Below are positions 25,548-39,705 of a stretch of DNA of 64,000 nucleotides, piece by piece (positions within the stretch are counted from its first letter, which is position 1; each line of letters starts with the position of its first letter). The notes under the pieces are model-generated. The model did no database searches and was not told the origin of the DNA. It saw nothing but the letters and a program-made list of their open reading frames with translations. Source of the DNA: Eledone cirrhosa (taxonomy: Eukaryota); contig OZ024742.1 in NCBI GenBank assembly GCA_964016885.1, forward strand, positions 118,544,001 through 118,608,000, read 5' to 3'. Position numbers and translations under genes: made by a program.

Positions 25548-28500
25548 TTCTTCTGGTTTTATAATTTCACAAATTTTTTCCCAATAGAGAGAGAGTCGGT
25601 TTCTAACATAGACACAAGACTCTCTCATTGGAATTTACACAACATCAACTAGGTAGATATGTATGTATACATGCATGTGTAGATATGGATGTTATTGTAT
25701 GCGTGGATGTGGATGTTTTGAGTCGTATGTGCGCATGTGTATATGCTTTGTATCTGTAGATGTGTATATGCAGTTATTAGATGCAACATTTTTGGAATGT
25801 TTTACATATTTTTACTGTTCCATTAATGGATTGTACTTGTAATTTCCTAACTAGTTGTGTTCTTTCTGTTTCTGTGAAGCCTAGCTTCTCAAGATTTGTA
25901 TTGAGGCAGTTACTAACATACCCCAGTGCCCCAATAATCACAGGCATAAATCTGAAGGTGTAATCAGGGTGGAGTATCTGCAGATTTCTCATCAGTTCTG
26001 CATAAATATTCTCCTTTTCGCTAATCTTTGATATTATATTGGCATCTGCTGGGCAGCTAATTTCCACTACTGTGCATGCTTTCTTCTCCCTGTCCCATAT
26101 AATAATATCTGTTCTGTTATGCCTGCATTTTATTGGGGTTTTTACTGGAACATTCCACCAGTACTCTTTCATATTATGTACATGGGTGTCTTCCACATTG
26201 CTGTAGCTTTTAATGTGTTTATTATCGGGGCTATCTTTTTTACGAACTGCATTGTACAGTGTTTGGGCCACTACATCATGCCTCATAGGTAGATAGTACC
26301 GCGATGACATCTTTGGAAAGCTGCTGATGCAGAGTCTGCACTTGTTATCACATCTAGGTGTTTTGCCTGCATCCCTATCTCTTTTGTGAATGAGGTATTT
26401 CGTGTTAATCTCCTGTTCTTGGATTGCAAAAGCGTATCCTTCAAAGTGGGAGCCAATATAACGGTTGTTGGTCCAAGATAGACTACTTTCCTTATCTATA
26501 TTACTCTCACTCTGGAGCTTTCTGGCAATATATCCAGGCATGATGATTTTTTGCTGATAAGCATGCAGTTTTTCATCCATTGATTCTCTGCGATACTGCT
26601 GGGCGACTTCCCTGGGTGTGAGTTTTTGATTATCACACAGGGAATATCTCTCGGGGAGTTCCTTCCCAACTCTCATGATCTTATCTGTTTCATGCAGATA
26701 GACTTGCTCGAGAAACGGGCTCCTACGCTCCGAGGTTCGTAGATGTTGTCGGAGAGATAGGATGCGACATTCAAATGCTGTCTGGACTGATGTTAGGCCT
26801 CTGCCTCCCTGCTTACGTTTCAAGTAAAGGCGGTCTATGTCACTGTTGGTGTGGAAGTTCCGGTGTTGTTTAGTATTTTTCGAGTTCCAACATCAACTGC
26901 TCGGATTTCGTCTATCGTCCAACTGAGTATTCCAAACGTTGGTGTTAGGACAAGCACAGCAAATACATTGTGAGCCACTGTTTTGTTTTGCGCAGAGAGT
27001 TTCCGATGACCAAATCTTTCTTAATCGGGTGTAGTATTCCCTGGTTACGCGTTCCTTATTACAGATACCATTATAGGATATGTTCTCATCTATCCCCAGG
27101 TATCTGTAGCACTCCTCATCAGATATCGGTGAAACAGTTAGGCCATTGATGACAATGTTGCTAGATTGGGTTGTTTTTCCCCGCTTTACAGTCATGTATG
27201 AGCATTTATCTTGGCCAAACTCCATTCCTATATCCTTTAAGAAGTTGTAACCAGGTCAAGATTTTTCTTCATCCCATCCGTGTTCTTGGCATAGAGGTTC
27301 ACATCGTCCACAAAGAAATTATGGGTTAGGTTCGTATTTCTGTCCTCCTGTGAGCCAATGATGTATCCCTCGCATTTCTTGAGCAGAAAGGACAAGGGGT
27401 TTAATGACAAGATGAATAATATCACACAGAGACTGTCCCCCTGAAATATACCCCTGCGATATTTTATTTTATCAGTGAAAATAGAGTCCTCCCTCTCTGT
27501 CTTTAACCTTAAGATAGTAGCCCAAGAAGAAGACAGCCTCTCTATGGCCCTGACAATAATGTCTGGGACTTTAGCAAGTTGGAGGGCCTCTATCATCCAA
27601 GAGTGGGGAACAGAATCGAAAGCTTTCCTGTAGTCCAGCCAGACTGTAGCCATATTCTTCCTAAGTTGTCGCTCCTCCAACATCGCAGTTTTGTTGATTA
27701 GGAGTTGTTCAGCACATCCGACATCGCAGTTTTGTTGATTAGGAGTTGTTCAGCACATCCCCAAACCCCTTTCTTTCCAGCTGCTTGTTCATCTGTGATG
27801 ATGTTATTATTTTCACAGTGATCTTGGAAGAATAGGTTCAGGCAGGCTGTATACATCTTATACATCAGGTTTTGGCATGCAATGGGTCGGTATATTTTTT
27901 GCCAAGTGGGTGTCTTTGTTCTTGGGGACCAGTAATGTTTGTGCTAATGTCAACCATTCTGGTATAAGTGTATCTCCCTTAAGAACTTGTTGGTAGAGGT
28001 CAGTAAGATACCTCCGATAGAATATCAGTTTTTTTTACCAGTAGCCGACAATCATGTCTCTTCCTCGTGTTTTCTTATCTTGGAGTTTTCCTATCACAGT
28101 CTCAAAGGTACACTTACTTATTTCGTATGTTTTTGTTGTAGTGTAGGAGCAATAGTTCTTTCGGATTTCTCTTAGCCACACTGCATCTTGATTGAAATTC
28201 TTCTTTCTGGGATGGAGCCTCAGTGACACTTATTATTTTGTTCTTCATATCTCTATAGACTGATGTTTGGTTCCATCTGAATCTTTTATTAAGCACTTTT
28301 CTCTCATCTAACTTCTTCAGGTATCGGCGTTTTTCACTAACAGCTCTCAATTCTTGTTTGAGGGTGATCAGCTTATATTGAAGAGTTCTGGTTCTACTGT
28401 TACCAAACATCGTCTCTATTTTATTTTTCACTCTTTGTTGGTGAGGAGTGAGTTTTTTTTTTGTTTGTTTGCATGTAAGGAACATTGTCACATATCCTCT

Positions 28501-29587
28501 GGTTTTTCGTAGGTCAGCAATCTTTTTTTCTATTTTAGTTATATATGATGGTATTTTTGGTGGTGTTCTGTTCTTATTAATATCTCTGCTGTCACCAAGA
28601 TAATGCTTCACTGTCGTTGCTAAGGCATATAAACAGGCGTTGATTAGCCAAAATGTTGGGGTTTTTATCCGTCGTAAATATTCATCCCCTATTTCGTCAA
28701 TAACACGTAATATTTCATTATTTGGTTTTTTATTAAACATTGTCGTTTTAATACGTTCAGCAAGAGAGATATTTAATTTCTCTTTGGAAGATTTCGTTGA
28801 GGGAAAATTTCAATTGTTTATACTTTTGATTATTATCATTATCGATAGTATTTTCCACAACAATCGAGGTAGACTCGGATGGTACATGTGGTGTCAAATT
28901 TCTTCGATTATTATTATTATCGATAGTGTTTTCCCCAGCATTCGAGGTAGACTTAGATGGTACAGGTGGTGTCAAGTTTCTTACAGGCATAGTTGTTTCC
29001 AGACGCTGTTCGACCTGGCTGCTAGGAAGTCTAGTACCATGGCGACCTGTAGCATGTGTTGTTGATCCCATGTTTGTTGTGGGGGACTTACAATTAATAC
29101 TATTGTTGGCGTAATTGTTTCGCTGTGAAATAATTTAGCTCTGGGTGCATTTCGTCCCAGTGTAGCTTCATTCTATTCATATAGCCAATGGATGGATTGT
29201 TTTTGCCATTTTATAACAATTAAATAAATCATTATTAAGTTCGCAACTCCAAGAGAAATGCGATTTATAATTTCGGTTTCTTCTGTAGCTACAACTGAAT
29301 AAAGTTTGTTTACCTTTCTTGTTGGTTGTCTTCGATACTTCCTTAATTGTGTTATTGATGTTGTGTTCAGCCATGCTGTTTGTAGCAAATCCTTGTAAAA
29401 TGAATAAGGTATTTAGTCGGATATCTCTACGAATTCGAATAAAAGGTGTCTTCAGAAGATTATAACCAGTTATTCAACATGTTATTCAACATGACTGTAG
29501 TTGTGGCATTACTGTCGGAGATAGTAGTCATCTTAAATTTAATAAATAGTCTCCCACGCCAAAATATGCGACTGATCGCGTTGACTG
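25548..29587 (-). mobile_element. Decayed near-full-length non-LTR retrotransposon with RT and restriction-like endonuclease (R4/Dong-like)
   Basis: Frameshifted ORF pieces 28114-28740, 27237-27683 (WLDYRKAFDSVPH, GIFQGDSL, FFVDD), 26893-27225 and 25777-26823 (CRLC, RHD, HNRTDIIIWD, VVEISCP); bounded on both sides by (TATG)n. Confidence 0.9.
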
Positions 29588-29619
<32 letters not shown>

Positions 29620-29637
29620 TGTATGTATGTATGTATG

Positions 29638-30150
29638 TGAGGTCGCTCTTGAGTACTGCTGGTAACATGTAACCCAGTACAAACTGTCTCATGGTCGGGT
29701 CGTCGGCGACTAAACCAGCAACCCCACCAAGCTTGCTTGGTGAGGAGGGTGATATTGGACACCCTGCGGGATGAAATACTAGACCCGGAGAAGCGCGGAG
29801 GAACTCAGCAGAGTCAACGGCCATCAAAATAGTACTTTTTTAAAAACACTGGGAGTGAAAGCCACCCCAACACCTTTCTAAGAGAGAGAAACTCTGAAAA
29901 AAAACCTGCGGCTTCGGAAGCATCCGATGATGTTGACCAGTTCTCCTTTTCAGGTTGTGTTTTCGTAGCTCAGAGAGTGGGATTGGTCGAGTGCAAGTCT
30001 TTTCACCACTTAAAAAACCTTCAAAGCACAGGCATTGCTTGTCCAGGATATGTTACATGTTCGTGTGGCTGGCCGTAGCCTAAAAGTGCACCAGTTTCTG
30101 TAATCTGACAAGCGATTGCAATACTCTTAGCAGAGTTTGCAGCCATCATT
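29638..30150 (+). mobile_element. Non-coding ~0.5-0.6 kb retro-like element associated with (TATG)n
   Basis: Collinear with 62938->62332(-); partial copies at 25215-25498(+), 52640-52825(+), 57780-57843(+), 60951-61365(-) and 61641-62055(-). Most copies with a 3' end finish in GCAGCCACCAT/GCAGCCATCAT followed by (TATG)n. Confidence 0.7.
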
Positions 30151-30498
30151 ATGTATGTATGAGATAACCTAGGGCAAACGAAAGACTAACCCCGGCGGAT
30201 AGAATGTCTGAACATCATCATCATATAAAAGAGACCAGTACAAGACAAATGCCCGTTACGGAACATTTAGACTTATCTGCAAATAATAAACCCCTAAAGT
30301 ATTATATACCAATGTGCTGACAAAACTACAAATAAAATATAGACAAATAGAGAAAATATACATATTAAGTAATACAAACTAAGACTAGTATTATATGATA
30401 GAATGAAACAAGTGGCTACAACAACCAATCAATATGATACAGTCAGCAACAGCTGTAAAACACTACGATGTATGGCACAAAGCTGCTATTTTACGTTA

Positions 30499-30604
<106 letters not shown>

Positions 30605-31174
30605 TATGTGTGTGTATAAATATATATATATACGCGAATAAATAGTTCTCACCAAGGTTCAATACATCAATACATGTGTTGAATCTTGGTGACTATTGTT
30701 GTTTTGTTTATATATTCTGTAAGATTTTGTAACTCGAAGATGATTGAAAATTTACAAATTGGATTTAACTTTGAACTGCCTTTGACCAAACTTGAAATCT
30801 TTTTGTGGATAAAATTTCATTAGAACTGTAAGTATCTGAATGCCTTAATCAATTGTATCATCAACTTATGATCTACTTTATATACATATATATATAGTCG
30901 ATCGACTTTCTTCAAATCGGACCGATGAAACAATGTTTCCGTTGGTGTTTCCAATTTCTAATACTCTATATCGGTCGCAACTCCAGGAAAAAGGAGCAAC
31001 ATGAAATAAAGTGTTTTGCTCAAGGACATAACGTATCGCCCGGTCCGGGAAACGAACTCACGATTGCGAATCCAATTTTCTAATCACTCATCCACGTGCC
31101 TTCACAAGCTATATATATATAATATAAATATTTATACATATTGTATAAAGCTGTGCATGAATCGGAATCCTATT

Positions 31175-31256
<82 letters not shown>

Positions 31257-31407
31257 AATACGATTTCGATTCAAGCATACCTTTACACAATATGTATAAA
31301 TTTTTCGTATCTCCAAGGAAATACGCTTTTAGGAAGCCGTAGCTATGCAAACGCCAGGGGGGGGGGCTAACGCCCTCTGGTGATGTCCTGCAGAAGCAAG
31401 GGAGACA

Positions 31408-31451
31408 ACCGTCTATGCATTTCAGGCTTAACTGACCTTCGTCAGGACGGT
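31408..31451 (-). ncRNA. Type I minimal hammerhead ribozyme
   Basis: ACCGUC-CUGACGA-AGGU cagUUAA GCCU-GAAA-UGCA-UA-GACGGU: 6-bp stem I, intact core, 4-bp stem II, palindromic stem III. Confidence 0.85.
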
Positions 31452-31666
31452 CCCTCCCACCACTTGCGACTGCTAGACTAAAAGACAGCCGAGAAAATAT
31501 ACTTTTCTCGTCTGTGTAAATGGGGTGATTAATCTCATTTGCATATGATGCTGCATAAGTTGGCTCACCTTATAAAAAAGAAATGGATAGACTATCCAGG
31601 AAGCTCCAACCATTAAGGTTGTCTTTTTTTTCGGGTATGTCAATATTTATTTATAAAATAAATCTG

Positions 31667-31732
31667 TATTTTATCTGATGAAAGCGCACCATAATTTGCC
31701 TTGGTTGCCCTTGAAATATATATAATAAAATA
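31667..31732 (+). ncRNA. Type I hammerhead ribozyme (family A)
   Basis: UAUUUUAU-CUGAUGA-AAGCGCACCA..UGGUUGCCCUU-GAAA-UAUAUA-UA-AUAAAAUA. Confidence 0.8.
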
Positions 31733-31763
31733 AATATGGTTTTATAAATATAATTTCCATTTA

Positions 31764-33960
<2,197 letters not shown>

Positions 33961-34004
33961 TAATATATATATATATATATATATATAAGTTTTAATATAG
34001 ATGA

Positions 34005-34053
34005 GATTCTACAGGACTAGAACTGTTTCATTCTTGAGAAATCATCAGGAATC
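34005..34053 (-). ncRNA. Type I hammerhead ribozyme
   Basis: GAUUC-CUGAUGA-UUUCUCAAGAAU-GAAA-CAG uucuaguc CUG-UA-GAAUC: GUA cleavage triplet; first pair of stem II is a U-U mismatch. Confidence 0.75.
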
Positions 34054-34178
34054 ATGATTTCTCAAGAATGAAACAGTTCTCGTCCTGTAGAATCTCATCT
34101 ATATTAAAACTTTTATACTCTGCTATGTATTGAGTACCTTACTGTGGTTACCTCCGATTCAACCCGGAATAACTTACC

Positions 34179-34209
<31 letters not shown>

Positions 34210-34239
34210 AGATCAAAAGATGGTTAAAAGAGTTCCATG

Positions 34240-34310
34240 TATTTTATTATGCGCATTTCAAAAACAAATATCATCATGCAATAACATTTGTGTTTTCATC
34301 AGATAAAATA
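34240..34310 (-). ncRNA. Type I hammerhead ribozyme (family A-related); inverted copy with a 4-nt insertion at 34397-34471 (+)
   Basis: UAUUUUAU-CUGAUGA-AAACACAAAUGUUAU..AUGAUAUUUGUUUUU-GAAA-UGCGCA-UA-AUAAAAUA. Confidence 0.8.
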
Positions 34311-34603
34311 GGGAGACATGATATGAAGGTTAAAAAACACTTGTGAATAGTGCAGTTTTAAATCAAGTGTTTTTTAACCTTCATATCATGTCTTCCTATT
34401 TTATCTGATGAAAACACAAATGTTATTGCATGATGATATTTGTTTTTGAAATGCGCATACATAATAAAATACATGGAACTCTTTTAACCATCTTTTGATC
34501 TTATATATTATGTATAGTCCTGTCCTACAAACTGTAGAGTGCTTCTTATCCGATATCTGCATTGCTTTATTGTACTACAATAAAACTCACCTCCTACACA
34601 TAT

Positions 34604-34649
<46 letters not shown>

Positions 34650-34725
34650 CATAGATATATACATGCATATATAAATACCCCTATCGCTCACAATCGAGCA
34701 TGACATGGAAGTATGTACCATGCTT

Positions 34726-34769
<44 letters not shown>

Positions 34770-34779
34770 CATCCTAGAA

Positions 34780-34930
34780 CCAATAGATGCTTCACCACTG
34801 CGCATGTTAACTTAGCGTTACCATGGTTACTGTACGTTACCTAAAATACATCGTCACATCTGACGAATAAAGAGTCTGTATACATTTACAAGAAATGATC
34901 CTGAAATGAATTCAATCGAAATATAAGGTA
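34780..34930 (+). promoter_or_regulatory. Candidate promoter (CCAAT box, RFX X-box-like palindrome) and short 5'UTR exon
   Basis: CCAAT at 34780-34784, CTGCGCATG, GTTACCATGGTTAC at 34817-34830 (one mismatch to the X-box palindrome), and a donor-like aag|gtaaa at 34927/34928, all in a unique island between microsatellites. Confidence 0.4.
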
Positions 34931-35036
34931 AAATATATTCACATATGTGGATACACACACGCACATGCACACACACATATACATACATTCAAACGTACAT
35001 TCACCTATATATTTTTGTGTGTGTATGTGTATGTAT

Positions 35037-35068
<32 letters not shown>

Positions 35069-35077
35069 GTGTGTATG

Positions 35078-35110
<33 letters not shown>

Positions 35111-35824
35111 ATGTATGTGTATGTATGTGTATGTATATATATGTATGTATATATGTATGTATGTGTATATATATTTATATATATATATATGTATGTGAAT
35201 GTGTGTATGTATATATATATATATGGGAGGGGGCAAAGTCATCGTTCGTTCCAATGTATATAGTGACAGAATATATGTATCATGTTATAAGGTATACATT
35301 CTAAATATCCGGAACGAATTGACTAAACAATAGTTTATATTCAAATAACTTGATAAACCTTTCAATCTCCACACACACACACACACACACATCTTTGTTT
35401 GATACTATAAATAGGTATAATTATTAGTTTTGACAAAATGATAGGTTAGGAAATATATGTGGTGGATATAATCGAATGTGTCTCGCTGTTATGTTTGTTA
35501 CTAACATTCGGAACATAGAAATGAAAATCGTCCCGAGTAGTAGGGGACAGGAAAATTTATTGTAAAAAACCAACGGGCGAAGCTAATAGAAAGAAATAAC
35601 TGCAAATATAAATACAAACTTAAACACACACACAACACACCTGTAAATACATTCATACACAATGTTTACAAGGGTTCTTTTTATACTTTATTCTTTTAAA
35701 TGTATATATAATATATATTGTATATATATATATATATACAATGGAAAATATCACTGTACAGTATTGTTCTGTATATACGACGCATTTTCTTACCCTAAAT
35801 TCGGCATGAAATCTGCCTCGTTAG

Positions 35825-35856
<32 letters not shown>

Positions 35857-38800
35857 TATAGGGTGCCCTCCAAAAATGTATACACACTTCAACAGCATTC
35901 TTATAAATATTGCCTGTACGGGTAATAAAATTGTGCATACATTTTTAGGACACCCTCTATATACAGGAAGATTTTGACGCCGAATTTGTAGTGAAAAGTG
36001 CGTCATATACGCCGAAAAATATGTTATATAATAAAAGGTATATCGTATGTACTTGGCATCATAACATCTCTCCAGTAAGAGAGGTTTATTATATAAATAT
36101 TTACTTCTGTCCTAAGTTTCATTCTGAAATATATATAAAATGTGTGCGCTTGCAAATACATACACCTTATTTTAAATCTATATATTTTCACATTATTTTC
36201 ATTCTTAATTTTGGAGGTATTTTAGTCGTCAATTTCCTCTGATGATTGTTTTTATATTTCATTTCATCTAGTTGCAGTTAATAATGCGAGTGAATTTTGT
36301 TATTTTGAATTGTTTGACTCACTCATTTCAATTTTGGTTTCTGTATCCGGTAGACACTAATAAAAGATTGGTAATCAATATTATCATGAAATGAAAGCAC
36401 ACCGATTTAGATCACCGAACGTCTAGCTATTAAACTGAACAGGTAGTGTAGTTTTCTGTTTTTTTGTGTATTGTTGTTGTTTTGCAAAGGAAAACTAGTA
36501 GAGAGTAGAAATTCAGCACTGTATAACTTCAACCAGTGTTGTTAGCCAAACAAAAGAAAAGCTCGTTGCTTAGTCATGCAAACCAGTCTCTTATTTGAAT
36601 AATTCACTCCGGTCGGGAGATGACAATTGTTGACGACTATAATATTGAAAGGGCGAATATATGTTTTCTAGTCCTGCATTTTAGGGATTTGACCTCAAAT
36701 CCCGTTATTATATTTCCTTTCCGTTACTTTGAGGTCAATAAATTCAATATTATTAATATACTAGCGTCAAATCCTCTAACTATACTAATCTAACGACTGC
36801 ATGCGAAATAGATAAATTAACCGCCAATTACTGGCTGATTGATAGTGGTAATTTAAAATTTGCTTTATATTTTAATATTATCAAACAGTCTCCTTCGTTC
36901 TGTGATAGATAATAAGGGTTTTAAATGTTACCTGTAGTTTAGAATATATTAATCCCCGTCAATGATAAACTATTTAAATCTAAATTATTATCATTTTAAC
37001 AATAGTAGAAAATGTGTAAGCTGAACTATAGTATACAATTACGCAACTAGATACGCTACAAACTTCATCCTACTCTTCATCAAATATTTTGTCAAATAAT
37101 GTTGTAACTTGACCGTGTAAAACTTAAAATAACTTTATTTTTCAACTTCATGTAGTTGACATATCATTTAACTCTAGACTCAGAGTAAATGACAGAATAA
37201 TACTTATGGTCATCTTTTTTCTTCTTCTTCCAAATTTTATATTGAAACATTCAGTTAATTAGTTTCTAACTAATTAAATAATTGTTTCTACTTTTGGCAC
37301 AAGGCCAGCAAATTATCCAGTGCATTACTGGTACTTTATTTTATCGACCCCGTAAGGATGAAAGGCAAAGTTAACCTCAGTGGGATTTGAACTCAGAATG
37401 GAAAGGACCGTGACTCTATGCGTCAAAGCATAGTGTCCGACCCTCTACCGATACTGCCTAATAACATTGTTCTCCTACGGTTAATTTTAAGCGAAAATAC
37501 TTTGCGAAAACAGATCCTAGGTCGTACGACACGGTTCGTTGAGCAGGTGAGAGGTAAATTACTCCCTAAGTTGAACACTGATCTATTATTGCCAGTGACA
37601 TTCCAAGCTAGGTGAACTGCCCCGAAACAACATAATACCAGCAGGGGCTGGCTGTACTCTATGATCAAGTAATTTAATATCTTATCCACACAATCATTTC
37701 ATTCAATGATTTCAATAAAATAAACAATTCTCTATACAAAATGTTTTGTTACTCCGCTGTATATATATATAGAAATAGTAGTTTTGTGGTTTGGGTATTC
37801 AACTGGTGATCGTAAAGTCGCAATTTCGATTCTGGTGATGCGTTGTGTCCTTGAGCAATACACTATTTCACGTTGTCCCTATTCACGCAGCTGGTAAAAT
37901 AAGTTGTACTTGTAATTGAAAGTGCCGGCCTTCTTACACGCTGAATCTGCCTGTGAACTTAACTAAAGGCGCACGTTTCTGTGGAATGCTCAGCCACTTA
38001 CTTGGTAATTTCACGAGAAGGCTGCTCCGTTGTTCGAACAACTAAAACACTCTTCGTCAAAACCGATAAAAACATCGAAATTTTCTCACATCCTCAAAAT
38101 AATTGTTTTGTATTGAAATTTAAAATTATAAGAATAAAAGGCACAATAAATGTTCTACTTTACTTAATACAGTTTCTTCATATATTTATCTCCTAAACCG
38201 ACTAGTTACACTTTCTCTTGTTTATGCCAACAGACTAGTTATGTAAAATTTTATTTCCTTTTTCGAGCATTAGAAGTCATTATCAAATTTGTTATATGAG
38301 CGGCTGATTGATAAAATCGTTAGAGCGTCGGACGAAATGCTTGGCAGTATTTATTAATTTGGATTTATTATGTATACTTATTTTATTAACAAGGTATTCA
38401 TTCCGGCTCTTTATATTCTGAGTACAAATCCCACCGAGATCAACTTTACTTTTCGTCCTTCCAGGGGCGATTAAAAAAAGTACCAGTCAAGTACTGGGGT
38501 CGGTATAATTGACTTCCCCTCCCCAAATATTGCAGTCTAGATTAGAAATCATAATTAAATATGTTATATGTTAGTTGCAATTTTCTACAATTAATTCAAC
38601 ACATTGGGAAAATATCAGTTCGTGATTCTTATTATAAGATGCTACTTTATAAAAGCTGCATGTTTTTTAAATACTGATTTGTTGCATAAGCAGATTTATT
38701 GGTGAGCCAAATGAGATTGTTTGCTTTGGTTAGTGATAATTGTGACATAAGTTAAATAAAATAGCTATAAATGAAAATTGAAGACATGTTGCAGAGTCTA

Positions 38801-39171
38801 CTCAATGAGATCATATTGCAAAACTTGCTGCTGTTGTATAATATTCTGGATTAGATCTTTGTTCCGAAAATACTAAAACAGTTGTAGAAAAATCTTTATA
38901 TTGTTTATTTAGTAATTTTTCTATGTTCCCTTCTTTAATGTCATTTTACGTAATTAGTAATTACATCATAACTACCAAGAGTCTAAATTGACAGAACAAC
39001 TTATTTATCTCTGTACTATTTCTACTTACTTTCTCTACTAACACTGCTATGTTATAAGGTAAAGAAATAACATATGTCACAAAGGTTTACGGGAAATGTT
39101 TTATGCTTTGGTTAGGACATCACAACAAATATAACTTTATATAACGTTATACGCAAACATAATTGATACTT

Positions 39172-39705
39172 GTTCCTTCTTCTTCTTCTTCTTTTTCTTT
39201 TTCTTTTTCTTCCTCTTCTTCGCCCACTTATTCTTGCGAGGGTCGTGGAGGCTGAGTCTTCAAACACTCCTATCAGGAGCAACCATCTCCAACTCACCCG
39301 GCTGGATCCCCAAGAGAGACCAACCAAGTTCATGGCTGTTATCCAACCATCTTGCTCGGGGTCTACCTCTGGGTCTCCTGCAGTTGGTTTTGCCCGTAAA
39401 ATCAGACCAGTGATTTTTTCCTAAGACATTCTAACCACATGCCCATTGTATCAGAGCTGTAATCTCTCAATTCGGAGAAGTAGGGGCTCTACCTGGAGTA
39501 ACTCTCTGAACTCCGAGCCAAGCACTCTATCGAGTAATGTTACTCCAAAACCCTTCGGAGGAACCCCATTTCGGCCACTTGTATTCGCGTTTGTATTCTT
39601 TCGGTAATTACCCAAAATTTATGACCATAAATAAGGGTTGACACGAATACCGAATTGAAGATAGTGAGTTTAGTTTTTACGCCTACCTCCCTTCGAATGC
39701 AAGTT
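39172..39705 (-). mobile_element. RTE-like LINE 3' fragment with (AAG)n tail
   Basis: KLTIFNSVFVSTLIYGHKFWVITERIQTRIQVAEMGFLRRV; homologous to 54485-55275. Confidence 0.78.

Noticed and set aside
29638-29720. HDV-like ribozyme at the 5' end of the (TATG)n-associated element
   Set aside because: A GGCGA(A/C)T motif is present, but I could not form P1/P2 of the nested double pseudoknot
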